From Oscillospiraceae bacterium (GTDB lineage: Bacteria; Bacillota; Clostridia; Oscillospirales; CAG-272), in NCBI GenBank assembly GCA_015064025.1, contig SVSZ01000002.1, positions 186 through 64,185 on the forward strand: a DNA stretch of 64,000 nucleotides, given 5' to 3'. Every line of letters begins with the position of its first letter. Positions within the stretch are counted from its first letter, which is position 1. Shown piece after piece: positions 27,400 through 36,681 of the stretch. Position numbers and translations under genes: made by a program. The notes below the pieces were generated by a model. That model saw nothing but the letters and a program-made list of their open reading frames with translations, was not told the DNA's origin and searched no databases.

Positions 27400-28806
27400 A
27401 TGCTGCCTAAAAAATTCATCGGCGACCGCGCCTTCTACCGCAGTCTGCTCACCCTGACCCTCCCCGTCCTCGTTCAGAACGGCATCACCAATTTCATCAG
27501 TCTTCTTGACAACGTCATGGTCGGGAGCCTCGGCACCGAGCAGATGTCGGGCGTCTCCATCGTCAATCAGCTGATCTTCGTCTTCAATCTCTGCATCTTC
27601 GGTGCACTCTCGGGCGCCGGGCTGTTCGGGGCGCAATTCTTTGGCAAGGGAGATCACGAGGGTCTTCGTTCCACCTTTCGCTTCAAGCTCCTGCTCTCTC
27701 TTTGCATTGCGGCGGGCGCCATCCTCATCTTTACCTTTTTCGGGGAGCCTCTGATCTCCCTTTATCTGCACGAGGGGAGCGAAACGGGCGACCTCTCTCT
27801 TACGATGCACTACGCAAAGGAGTACATGGCGGTCTCGCTCTTAGGGCTTCTTCCCTACACGGTCACGAACGTCTATGCCTCTACCCTGCGTGAAACGGGC
27901 AACACGCTCCCGCCCATGAAGGCAGGCATTCTCGGCGTCGCCGTGAATCTCTCGCTCAACACCCTTCTGATCTTCGGACTGCTCGGCTTTCCTCGTCTGG
28001 GTGTCGTCGGTGCGGCGATCGCAACGGTCTTTGCCCGCTTTACCGAATGCCTTGCCGTCGTTCTCTGGACGCATCTGCACCGTGAAAGGTGCGAATTTAT
28101 CAAGGGGGCTTACCGCTCCTTCCGCATCCCCGCATCGCTCATGCGCCGCATCGCGATCACAGGGGCGCCGCTCCTTGCCAACGAAACGCTCTGGGCGGTG
28201 GGACAAGCGATGCTTCTGCAATGCTATTCCCTGCGCGGCATTGCCGTCGTCTCTGCAATGAATATTTCCAACACGGTATTCAACACCTTCGCGGTGGTCT
28301 ATCTCTCCATCGGCACCGCCATCTCCATTCTGCTCGGTCACAGGCTTGGCGCGGGAGAGACGGAAAGAGCGCGTGAGGAAGCACCTCGCATGATCGCCGC
28401 CGCGGGACTTATGGGGCTTCTTGTCGGCATCGTCATCATCCTGCTTGCCCCCGTCTTCCCCATGCTTTACAATACCACAGACGAGGTGCGCTCGCTTGCC
28501 ACGGGATTTACGCTCGTGGTGGGCTGCTACGCGCCCTTCAACGCCGTTCTCAACAGCTCCTATTATACGCTCCGCTCCGGCGGCAAAACCGTGGTGACCT
28601 TTTTCTTTGACTGCGGCTACGTATGGCTCATCAATATCCCAACGGCGCTCCTTCTCATCACCCTCACACCGCTCCCGCCCATTCCCATATATATCCTGGC
28701 ACACAGCACGGAGATCTTGAAGCTGGCACTGGGAATATTCCTCGTCGGGCGCGGCATCTGGCTCAATGACATCACAACGCACAAAAAGCGAAAAAAAGCA
28801 ATTTGA
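27400..28806 (+). CDS. MATE family efflux transporter
   Basis: Start at ATG 27400 after AAAGGAG. The product begins MLPKKFIGDRAFYRSLLTLTLPVLVQNGITNFISLLDNVMVG and has 12 predicted TMs. Confidence 0.88.
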   Translation: MLPKKFIGDRAFYRSLLTLTLPVLVQNGITNFISLLDNVMVGSLGTEQMSGVSIVNQLIFVFNLCIFGALSGAGLFGAQFFGKGDHEGLRSTFRFKLLLSLCIAAGAILIFTFFGEPLISLYLHEGSETGDLSLTMHYAKEYMAVSLLGLLPYTVTNVYASTLRETGNTLPPMKAGILGVAVNLSLNTLLIFGLLGFPRLGVVGAAIATVFARFTECLAVVLWTHLHRERCEFIKGAYRSFRIPASLMRRIAITGAPLLANETLWAVGQAMLLQCYSLRGIAVVSAMNISNTVFNTFAVVYLSIGTAISILLGHRLGAGETERAREEAPRMIAAAGLMGLLVGIVIILLAPVFPMLYNTTDEVRSLATGFTLVVGCYAPFNAVLNSSYYTLRSGGKTVVTFFFDCGYVWLINIPTALLLITLTPLPPIPIYILAHSTEILKLALGIFLVGRGIWLNDITTHKKRKKAI

Positions 28807-28842
28807 CACAAGGGAAACACAGCTTTTCCGAAAGGACCTTTC

Positions 28843-30009
28843 ATGACAGAGCTTCTCACACGCATCTTTATCAAGGATCGCAACGATCCCACCTCTCCCC
28901 GCGTGCGCGCCGCCTACGGAACGCTCGCATCGATCACGGGGATCCTTCTCAATCTCATCCTCTTCGCGGGAAAATTCACCGTCGGCACGCTCTTCGGGTC
29001 GATCTCCATCGTTTCGGACGCGATCAACAGTCTGACGGATGCGGGCTCACAGATCATTTCTCTGATCTCCTTCCGCATCAGTGCCCGCCCCGCCGACCGC
29101 GAGCATCCCTTTGGCCACGCCCGTATCGAATATATCGCCTCCCTTCTCGTTTCCATTCTGATCCTTTTTATCGGAGCGGAGCTTTTGCGCGAATCGGTGG
29201 CGAAGATCTTTGCCCCCGAGCCGCCCGAGGCAAGTCCCGTCTCCGCTGCCGTACTGGCACTCTCCATCGCTGCCAAGCTTTGGTTTGCACTCTTTAACAA
29301 AAAGATCGACAAGCGGATCGACTCTGCCGTCATGCGCGCAACCGCCGCCGACAGCCTTTCGGACTGCCTTTCCACGGGCGCGGTGCTTCTGGTTACGCTC
29401 CTGCTCCTCTTCTTCCCCGGCATCACGCTCAATCTCGATGCCTATATGGGTGCCGTCGTTTCCGTGATGATCATCCTTGCAGGGCTTAAGATCCTCAACG
29501 AAAGTAAAAACTCCATTTTGGGAGAAGCCCCCTCGGATGAGGTCGTCAAGCAGATCACCTCCACCGTCTCGCGCTATCCCGATGCCCTTGGGATCCACGA
29601 TCTCACGGTGCACAACTACGGTCCCGGGCACATCATCGCCGCCCTTCACATTGAGGTAGACGGTAAGGTAGACATTTTCAAAACGCACGACATGATCGAC
29701 AACATAGAAAGAGAGCTGAGAAACGGCGGGATTGAGGCGACCATCCATATGGATCCCATCGTCACGGACGACGCCCGCGTCAACGAGCTTCGTACAAGGA
29801 CGCAAGAGGCAGTGCGCGCGGTCGATCCCACGCTCGACATCCATGATTTCCGCTTTGTCGAAGGGGAAACGCACTCCAATCTGATCTTCGACGTGCGCGT
29901 TCCCTTTGAATTAAAGCTCTCCGACCGCGATCTGCGCGACCGCATCGATAACGAGATCTCCCGCATCGATCCCTCGTTCTTCACCGTGATCACACTGGAC
30001 AGAGGGTAA
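28843..30009 (+). CDS. Cation diffusion facilitator family transporter
   Basis: 388 aa. Contains SDAINSLTDAGS and HPFGHARIEY, with a C-terminal cytoplasmic domain. Confidence 0.88.
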   Translation: MTELLTRIFIKDRNDPTSPRVRAAYGTLASITGILLNLILFAGKFTVGTLFGSISIVSDAINSLTDAGSQIISLISFRISARPADREHPFGHARIEYIASLLVSILILFIGAELLRESVAKIFAPEPPEASPVSAAVLALSIAAKLWFALFNKKIDKRIDSAVMRATAADSLSDCLSTGAVLLVTLLLLFFPGITLNLDAYMGAVVSVMIILAGLKILNESKNSILGEAPSDEVVKQITSTVSRYPDALGIHDLTVHNYGPGHIIAALHIEVDGKVDIFKTHDMIDNIERELRNGGIEATIHMDPIVTDDARVNELRTRTQEAVRAVDPTLDIHDFRFVEGETHSNLIFDVRVPFELKLSDRDLRDRIDNEISRIDPSFFTVITLDRG

Positions 30010-30014
30010 AAGAA

Positions 30015-30049
30015 GTGAAAAGTGAAAAGTGAAGAGTGAAGAGTGAAGG
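30015..30049. repeat. Heptanucleotide microsatellite (GTGAARR) x5
   Basis: gtgaaaa gtgaaaa gtgaaga gtgaaga gtgaagg, starting 6 nt after the CDF stop codon. Confidence 0.8.
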
Positions 30050-30051
30050 TA

Positions 30052-30084
30052 GCTTTTCACCCTTCGGTTGAAAAGCATTTTTTG
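30052..30084 (+). terminator. Intrinsic terminator after the CDF gene
   Basis: Stem gcttttca / tgaaaagc around a cccttcggt loop, followed by ATTTTTT. Confidence 0.7.
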
Positions 30085-30116
30085 AATATCCAAAAAAGCA
30101 TTTTTTAATAAACGTA

Positions 30117-30145
30117 TTGCATTTTTGCGTCATATATGGTACAAT
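30117..30145 (+). promoter_or_regulatory. Candidate sigma-A promoter of the acyl-CoA synthetase gene
   Basis: TTGCAT (30117-30122), 17 nt, TACAAT (30140-30145) with an extended -10 TG. Confidence 0.55.
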
Positions 30146-30209
30146 AGTCTTGTAGACGCGGTTTTGAAAACCGCAAACGCCAAAACCCAAACGAAAGGCG
30201 GATATTTTT

Positions 30210-31925
30210 ATGAAGACTCAAAAAAATTATTCCTCCGAGGTATATCCCGATCTGCGCCATCTTTACCGTGCCAGCGTGGAGCAATACCGCGACCGTATTC
30301 TCTTCCGTCAGAAGGGAGACGGTGAATACAGAGACGTCACCTACCGCAAATTCGGCGAGGACGTGGACGCCCTCGGCACCGAGCTTTGCGCACGCGGTCT
30401 GATGGGCGCGCACGTCATGCTCGTCGGTGAAAACTGCTACGCGTGGGTCACCTCGTACCTTTGCGTGGCATGCGGCGTGGGGGTCATCGTCCCCGCTGAC
30501 AAGGACGCCTCCCCCGAGCAGCTTGCAAGGATCGCAGAACAGGCAGACGTCACGGCGGTCATCTGCTCCTCTGCTAGTCTGGAAAAGCTTTCGCTCCTGC
30601 CTGCGGGCATCGGGCGCATCCTCTTTGACGAGCTTCCCACCTTGATCGAGCTTGGAAACGATCGCATCCTCACGGGAGACCGCACCTATCTTGATGCGGA
30701 GATCGACGAGGACGAGCTGCGCGTGCTGATCTTCACCTCAGGCATCACGGGAGATCCCAAGGGTGTTATGCTGTCTCACAAAAACATCTGCTTCGGGCTC
30801 GCGGAGATCTGTAAAATGATCAAAATTACGGGAAACGACCGCTTCCTCTCGGTCCTCCCGCTTCACCATACCTACGAATGCACCTTCGGCTTCCTCTGCC
30901 CCATGTACCGCGGTGCCACCGTCATCTTTGCAGAGGGCGTGCGTCACATCGCGCAGAGCATGCGCGAAACACAGCCCACCGTCTTTCTTTCGGTTCCGCT
31001 TCTCGTCGAAACGCTTTACGAAAAGCTGTGGGAGGCATTTGAAAAGCGCGGTGAAGCGAAAAAGGTGCGCCGTCTGATCGCCCTTTCCAATATTCCGCAG
31101 GACGATGCCTCGCGCACAGCGCTGAAAAGGCGTATGCTTTCAAAGGTCCTGCGCATCTTCGGCGGCAATCTGCGCATGATCATCACGGCAGGCTACGCGG
31201 CAGATCCCGAGGTGCTCAAGGGCTACCGCGATCTCGGCATTCACGTGCTCCACGGCTATGCACTCACCGAATGCACCCCTCTGGCGGCACTCAACCGAGA
31301 CAACGCCTTCCGTGACGCCTCCGCAGGGCTTTCGCTTCCCAACACCCTGCTTGATATTTACGACGTCCAGCCCGACGGAACGGGAGAGATCCGCTTCAAG
31401 GGAAAAAATCTGATGCTTGGCTATTATAAAGAAGAGGCTCTGACCGAAAAGGTCATCCGCGGCGGCTGGTTCTACACGGGCGACCTCGGTTATATCGACA
31501 AAAACGGCTTCCTCTATATCACGGGACGCAAAAAGAACGTCATTGTGGGTGCAGGCGGCAGAAACGTGTACCCGGAGGAGCTCGAGGGGCTGCTCGTCCG
31601 TGCGCCTTTTGTCGACGAAGCCCTTGTCGTGGGCTATCCCAACGAAGAGACACACAGCTACGACGTGGTTGCCGTGATCTACCCATCCCTGCACGAAATG
31701 GAAGAGACATATGGCAAAAACTTCGCAAAAAGCCAGCTCGACTTTGAAATGAAGCGCTCCATTGCAGATCTCAATTCCCGTCTGGAGCCTCACAAGCGGA
31801 TCACGGGCTACGTATTGCGCCGTGAGCCCTTCGCAAAAAACTCCTCCCGCAAGATCATCCGCGCAGGCGTTGCAGAGGCTGCATATGATGACTATCTCGC
31901 AACCAAGAAGAAGCAGAAAAAATAA
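30210..31925 (+). CDS. AMP-dependent acyl-CoA synthetase (long-chain fatty-acid-CoA ligase-like)
   Basis: 571 aa with the AMP-binding motifs FTSGITGDPKGV, YALTE and TGDLGYIDKNGFLYITGRKK. Confidence 0.85.
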   Translation: MKTQKNYSSEVYPDLRHLYRASVEQYRDRILFRQKGDGEYRDVTYRKFGEDVDALGTELCARGLMGAHVMLVGENCYAWVTSYLCVACGVGVIVPADKDASPEQLARIAEQADVTAVICSSASLEKLSLLPAGIGRILFDELPTLIELGNDRILTGDRTYLDAEIDEDELRVLIFTSGITGDPKGVMLSHKNICFGLAEICKMIKITGNDRFLSVLPLHHTYECTFGFLCPMYRGATVIFAEGVRHIAQSMRETQPTVFLSVPLLVETLYEKLWEAFEKRGEAKKVRRLIALSNIPQDDASRTALKRRMLSKVLRIFGGNLRMIITAGYAADPEVLKGYRDLGIHVLHGYALTECTPLAALNRDNAFRDASAGLSLPNTLLDIYDVQPDGTGEIRFKGKNLMLGYYKEEALTEKVIRGGWFYTGDLGYIDKNGFLYITGRKKNVIVGAGGRNVYPEELEGLLVRAPFVDEALVVGYPNEETHSYDVVAVIYPSLHEMEETYGKNFAKSQLDFEMKRSIADLNSRLEPHKRITGYVLRREPFAKNSSRKIIRAGVAEAAYDDYLATKKKQKK

Positions 31926-31967
31926 TAATATTTAGTCTTATTCTAAATAAAACACATAAATAAATGC

Positions 31968-32016
31968 AAAAAAGAGTGGAATTTAGAGATTTTTCTCTCA
32001 AATTCCACTCTTTTTT
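31968..32016. terminator. Bidirectional intrinsic terminator between convergent operons
   Basis: A-run, stem agagtggaatttagaga / tctctcaaattccactct, then T6. Confidence 0.85.
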
Positions 32017-32024
32017 GCTTGCTT

Positions 32025-32513
32025 TTAAAGCTTATTTTTTTCAGGCGTCCTTTCCATGTGGCGTGCCTTCGCCGCATCAAGAAGTGCTTGCTCCTCATCG
32101 TTCTCGGCGATCACGGGCGGGATAGCGCGCTTTTCCTTCTCACTCTCATCGAGAGCCACAAGGATAAAATGCGCATCGGCGATCAGCTCCCGCTCCCCGT
32201 CAAGGCGCTCGACGTAAGCATTGACCAGCACCTCCATAGAGGTGTGTCCGGTTCTGACCACCTGTCCGTGCACGACCATTGTTTCATTGGAAAAGGCGGG
32301 GCGCAGAAAGCGAAGCTCCTCCACGCACGCCGTTGTAACGGGACCCTTGGCGTATCTTCTCGCACTCACCGCGGCAACCTCGTCCATCCACGCCATCAGA
32401 TGTCCTCCGAAGAGTCTCCCTGCGCCGTTGACGTTCTCCTGCCGCAAGATCTGCACAAATTCCGCAAAGGACTCCGAGGTCCCTCTTCCCACAAGCTCTT
32501 TCTTTTCTTCCAT
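32025..32513 (-). CDS. Acyl-CoA thioesterase (hotdog fold)
   Basis: Start at ATG 32513 after AAGGAGG. Contains GRLFGGHLMAWMDEVAAVSARRYA...VTTACVEELRFLRP. It is the last gene of the T-box operon. Confidence 0.8.
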   Translation of the reverse strand: MEEKKELVGRGTSESFAEFVQILRQENVNGAGRLFGGHLMAWMDEVAAVSARRYAKGPVTTACVEELRFLRPAFSNETMVVHGQVVRTGHTSMEVLVNAYVERLDGERELIADAHFILVALDESEKEKRAIPPVIAENDEEQALLDAAKARHMERTPEKNKL

Positions 32514-32538
32514 TTGAAGCGCCTCCTTTGTCAGCGCA

Positions 32539-32961
32539 TCAGATCTCCGACATATCCGCCTCGGTAAAGCCGTGACGGCGAAGGATCTCCTCTGCCGCGT
32601 CAAGCTCCTCTGCCTGGATGATCATGAATGCCTTACCCGTAGTCTTTCCCACGTAAGCATACATATATTCCACGCTGATACCGCTCTCTGCAAGAACTCT
32701 CAACACTCCCAGAGTTCCACCGGGGGTGTCATCCATTGTCAGAGCTAACACGTTGGTCACGCGGACAACGATGCCCTCCTCGTTGAGCACTCTCTTGCCT
32801 TCCTCGGGCTTATCCACGATGAGACGAAGGATACCGAACTCGGAGGTATCCGCCAGGGAAAGCGCGCGGATGTTGACGTTGTTCCTTGCAAGAACGTCTG
32901 CCGCTGCACAGATACGTCCCTTTTTGTTTTCCAAAAATACGGAAAGCTGCTTTGTGATCAT
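32539..32961 (-). CDS. ACT domain-containing protein
   Basis: 140 aa starting at ATG 32961 after GAGGAGG. It begins MITKQLSVFLENKKGRICAAADVLARNNVNIRALSLADTSEFGILRLIV and shows a tandem ACT-like pattern. This is the typical partner of PaaK-type ligases. Confidence 0.8.
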   Translation of the reverse strand: MITKQLSVFLENKKGRICAAADVLARNNVNIRALSLADTSEFGILRLIVDKPEEGKRVLNEEGIVVRVTNVLALTMDDTPGGTLGVLRVLAESGISVEYMYAYVGKTTGKAFMIIQAEELDAAEEILRRHGFTEADMSEI

Positions 32962-32974
32962 AATTTCTACCTCC

Positions 32975-34285
32975 TCAGATCTTTCCCTTTCGGTTGTCGA
33001 TAACGCGCTTTGCTTTTCCCTCACTGCGCACGATCGACTTGGGGTTGACAAGGTGCACCTTTGCGCTGATGCCGAGCATCGCTCGAAGCTGCTCCGTGAT
33101 ATTCTTTTCAAGCTTTTCCATCTCCTTGATGTTATCGGAGAAGAAGACTTCACTCATTTCCACGTTGATATCAAAGGTGTCTACGTTGTTGACACGGTCC
33201 ACAACGATCTGATAGTTGGGGGTGATCCGGTCACCGCTGACCTTAAGGAGCACCTCCTCGATCTGCGACGGGAAGACGTTGACACCGCGGATGATCAGCA
33301 TATCGTCCGTGCGTCCGTCGGGCTTCGCCATACGGATGTGCGTGCGACCGCACTTGCAGGGCTCTGCATTGAGCACGCAGATGTCACGCGTGCGATAGCG
33401 GATCACGGGGAATGCTTCCTTGGTAAGAGAGGTGAAGACAAGCTCGCCGGGCGTTCCTGCGGGAAGCACCTCCTCGGTCTCGGGATCGATGATCTCGACG
33501 GCAAAGTGATCCTCCCATACGTGCATGCCCGCCTGCTCCATGCATTCGCAGGAAACACCGGGACCCAGCACCTCGGAAAGTCCGTAGATATCGTATGCCT
33601 TCAGTCCGAGCTTTTCCTCGATCTGCGCGCGCATGTTCTCCGACCAGGGCTCGGCACCGAAAACGCCGATGCGGAGCTTGAGCTGATCCTTCACACCAAG
33701 GCGCTCGACCTCCTCACCCATGTACATTGCGTAAGAGGGGGTGCAGCAGAGCACGGTCGCGCCAAAATCCACCATGGTCTGGATCTGGTTGGCAGTGTTC
33801 CCCGAGGAGATCGGGATCACCGTAGCGCCCAGCTTCGCAGCGCCGCCGTGAAGACCGAAGCCACCCGTGAAGAGGCCGTAGCCGAAGGCGACCTGAACGA
33901 TGTCCCCGCTTGTGACGCCGAGAGCAGCCAGCATACGTGCCACGCACTCATCCCACATGTCGATGTCCTTTTGCGTGTAGCCGACAACGATCCTCTTACC
34001 GGTCGTACCCGAAGAGGCGTGCACGCGCACGACGTCCTTCATGGGGACTGCGAAAAGTCCGTAAGGATAGTAATCGCGCAGGTCCTTTTTGTAAGAGAAC
34101 GGAAGCTTCGGAAGATCCTCGATTCCGTGAATATCGTCGGGGGTCAGCCCCAATTCCTTCATACGGTTGCGGAAGCATTCCACGTTCTCGTAGGAACGGC
34201 GCACCGTGTCCAAAAGTCTCTCGCTCTGAAGCTTTTTCAGCTCCTCGCGAGGCATACATTCCATGGTTTCATTCAGAAAGCTCAT
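32975..34285 (-). CDS. paaK: Phenylacetate-CoA ligase family protein (arylacetate-CoA ligase)
   Basis: Start at ATG 34285 after AGAGGA. Contains VHASSGTTGKRIVVGYTQKDIDMW and CTPSYAMYMGEE, with a PaaK-type C-terminal domain. Confidence 0.85.
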   Translation of the reverse strand: MSFLNETMECMPREELKKLQSERLLDTVRRSYENVECFRNRMKELGLTPDDIHGIEDLPKLPFSYKKDLRDYYPYGLFAVPMKDVVRVHASSGTTGKRIVVGYTQKDIDMWDECVARMLAALGVTSGDIVQVAFGYGLFTGGFGLHGGAAKLGATVIPISSGNTANQIQTMVDFGATVLCCTPSYAMYMGEEVERLGVKDQLKLRIGVFGAEPWSENMRAQIEEKLGLKAYDIYGLSEVLGPGVSCECMEQAGMHVWEDHFAVEIIDPETEEVLPAGTPGELVFTSLTKEAFPVIRYRTRDICVLNAEPCKCGRTHIRMAKPDGRTDDMLIIRGVNVFPSQIEEVLLKVSGDRITPNYQIVVDRVNNVDTFDINVEMSEVFFSDNIKEMEKLEKNITEQLRAMLGISAKVHLVNPKSIVRSEGKAKRVIDNRKGKI

Positions 34286-34335
34286 TGTTTTATCCTCTTT
34301 GTATTTCGTAGAATCGATAACCGAAACCGCCTCGG

Positions 34336-34911
34336 TCAAAGCTTATATCCAAGGTCAAACGCCGCAAGGTTTACCTCAAGGAACTTTGCGGGCACCGTCG
34401 CCTTGATCGTTTCGATCCATTCCTCGTAGGGAATCGCGGTCTGCTTTGCCATCACGCCGATGAGAACGACGTTGACCGCCTTGATGTTCCCCGCCTCCTT
34501 GGCAAGGGAAAGCGCGTCCAGCGCGGTCAGATCCACGCACGCGGCAAGCTTTTCCTCAATGTCTGAGGGATATTCCATAGCACCTGTGATGACGGGCATG
34601 GGATTGATGCGCTGTGCGTTGACGATCATCTTACCGCCCTTTTTGAGATAAGGAAGTGCTCTGTAAGCCTCCAGAAGCTCAAAGGCGAGAATGATGTCAG
34701 CCTCCCCCTTGTCAATGATGGGAGAATGCACGGAGTCTCCGTATTTTACGTAGGTCACAACGCTTCCGCCGCGCTGGCTCATGCCGTGCACCTCGGAGAC
34801 CTTTACGTCGTACCCTTGACGGATCACAACGTTTCCGAGAATACGGCTGGCAAGCAGTGTCCCCTGACCGCCGACACCGACGATCATAATATTGGTCGTT
34901 TTTGCACTCAT
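34336..34911 (-). CDS. iorB: Indolepyruvate (arylpyruvate) ferredoxin oxidoreductase subunit beta
   Basis: Start at ATG 34911, one nt after the iorA stop. It begins MSAKTTNIMIVGVGGQGTLLASRILG. Confidence 0.9.
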   Translation of the reverse strand: MSAKTTNIMIVGVGGQGTLLASRILGNVVIRQGYDVKVSEVHGMSQRGGSVVTYVKYGDSVHSPIIDKGEADIILAFELLEAYRALPYLKKGGKMIVNAQRINPMPVITGAMEYPSDIEEKLAACVDLTALDALSLAKEAGNIKAVNVVLIGVMAKQTAIPYEEWIETIKATVPAKFLEVNLAAFDLGYKL

Positions 34912-34912
34912 A

Positions 34913-36670
34913 TCAGTTCCCCTCCTTCTTCTCGATCGCACCGAAGGGGCAAACGCCCACACAAAGTCCGCATCCGTTGCACTGGGTGGGATCGATGCGC
35001 ACCGCTCCGCTCTCTGCGTCCAGACTGATCGCGGGACAGCCGAGCTTCATGCAAAGCTTGCACTTGCGGCACTTCTCGCTCACCTCGCACACACCCGAAT
35101 ATTTGACACTCTTGAGCAGTGCGCAGGGACGCTGTGCGATGATCACGGAAACGTCGTCACGCGCGGTCTCTTCCTTGACGACCTTCTCAAAATTCTTGAC
35201 GTCAAAGGGATCTGCGACCGTTACGTGCTCGATGCCAAGACCCGCACAAAGCTTGATCAGATCCACCTGTCGGGTCGCCTCGCCGCGGATGGTCTTTCCC
35301 GTGGTGGGGTTTTCCTGATGTCCCGTCATACCCGTGATGGAGTTATCAAGGATGATGACCGTATTGATGCCCTTGTTATAAACGATGTCGGCAAGCCCCG
35401 TGATGCCCGAATGCATAAAGGTGGAGTCACCGATGACCGAAACCAGCTTGTGCGCAAAGTCCGCACCCTTGACCTTTGCCATGCCGTGTGCCGCGCTGAC
35501 CGACGCCCCCATACAAATGGTGGTATCCACAGAGGAAAGAGGTGCCACGGCACCGAGCGTATAACAGCCGATGTCGCCCGACACGGTCAGTCCCAGCTTT
35601 TTGAGAACGTAGAAGGTGCCTCTGTGCGGGCATCCTGCGCACATCACGGGAGGACGCGCGGGAAGCGCATCTGCGGGGGTCATGCTCTCGGGAGCCTCTT
35701 CGCCCATCACCGCTTTCGCGATCATCGCAGGGGTATATTCTCCAAGGAGGGTGAAGAGCTCCTTGCCCATGACCTCGAGCCCGAGGGCACGGCAGGTATC
35801 CTCAAGGAAAGGATCCAGCTCCTCGATGACGTAGAGCTTTTTGTTCTTTGCGGCAAAGGAGCGAAGCAGCTCATCGGGACACGGCCAGACGATACCGAGC
35901 TTGAGATAGTTGACACGCTCACCCAGCGCTTCCTTTGCATACTGATAGGAGATGCCCGAGGTGATGACACCGATCTCACTTCCGTTGTCTTCAACCGTGT
36001 TGAAGGGACAGTCTGCCGCATACGCCGCGATCTTTTTCGTGCGCTCCTCGACAAATACGTGTCTGCCCTTCGCCATCGCGGGCATCATCACGTGCTTCGG
36101 GATGTTCTTTTCGTAATCCTTGACGGGATGTACCTCGCGCTCGCCGACCTCGACAAGGCTTTGCGAGTGAGACACGCGAGTGGAAAGACGCAAAAGCACG
36201 GGAGTGTCGAATTGCTCGGAAAGATCAAACGCCGCCTTAGTGTAGGCAAGACATTCCGCCGAATCCGAGGGCTCCAGCATCATGATCTTCGCCGCCCGTG
36301 CGTAATGACGGGAATCCTGCTCATTCTGCGAAGAATGCATACCGGGATCGTCTGCGACGCAGAAGACCGCGCCACCCGTCACGCCGATGTAGCTATCGGT
36401 AAAGAGGGGGTCCGCCATCACGTTAAGACCCACGTGCTTGCAGCATGTCATAGCTCTGCCGCCCGCGATCGCCGCACCGATGGCAACCTCAGCCGCGACC
36501 TTTTCATTGGGCGCCCATTCCACAAACACCTCGTCTGCGGGGTAGGTCGCCATGCACTCCGTGATCTCCGTACTGGGAGTCCCCGGGTAGGAGGAAACGA
36601 GGTGCACACCCGCCTCATAGGCACCCTGTGCCACGGCGGCGTTTCCAAGTAACAGTTTTTTCATATTCAT
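34913..36670 (-). CDS. iorA: Indolepyruvate (arylpyruvate) ferredoxin oxidoreductase subunit alpha
   Basis: 585 aa with a TPP-binding region (GDSTFMHSG) and C-terminal 2x[4Fe-4S] motifs (CxxCxxCxxxCP). An alternative ATG at 36664 has better RBS spacing. Confidence 0.92.
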   Translation of the reverse strand: MNMKKLLLGNAAVAQGAYEAGVHLVSSYPGTPSTEITECMATYPADEVFVEWAPNEKVAAEVAIGAAIAGGRAMTCCKHVGLNVMADPLFTDSYIGVTGGAVFCVADDPGMHSSQNEQDSRHYARAAKIMMLEPSDSAECLAYTKAAFDLSEQFDTPVLLRLSTRVSHSQSLVEVGEREVHPVKDYEKNIPKHVMMPAMAKGRHVFVEERTKKIAAYAADCPFNTVEDNGSEIGVITSGISYQYAKEALGERVNYLKLGIVWPCPDELLRSFAAKNKKLYVIEELDPFLEDTCRALGLEVMGKELFTLLGEYTPAMIAKAVMGEEAPESMTPADALPARPPVMCAGCPHRGTFYVLKKLGLTVSGDIGCYTLGAVAPLSSVDTTICMGASVSAAHGMAKVKGADFAHKLVSVIGDSTFMHSGITGLADIVYNKGINTVIILDNSITGMTGHQENPTTGKTIRGEATRQVDLIKLCAGLGIEHVTVADPFDVKNFEKVVKEETARDDVSVIIAQRPCALLKSVKYSGVCEVSEKCRKCKLCMKLGCPAISLDAESGAVRIDPTQCNGCGLCVGVCPFGAIEKKEGN

Positions 36671-36681
36671 ACATTCCTTTC

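Noticed and set aside
32726-36652. Long plus-strand ORFs 32726..34429 (567 aa) and 34892..36652 (586 aa).
   Set aside because: They are antisense to paaK/ACT and iorA/iorB, which have strong motifs, good RBSs and translational coupling. The antisense products show no recognisable motifs.
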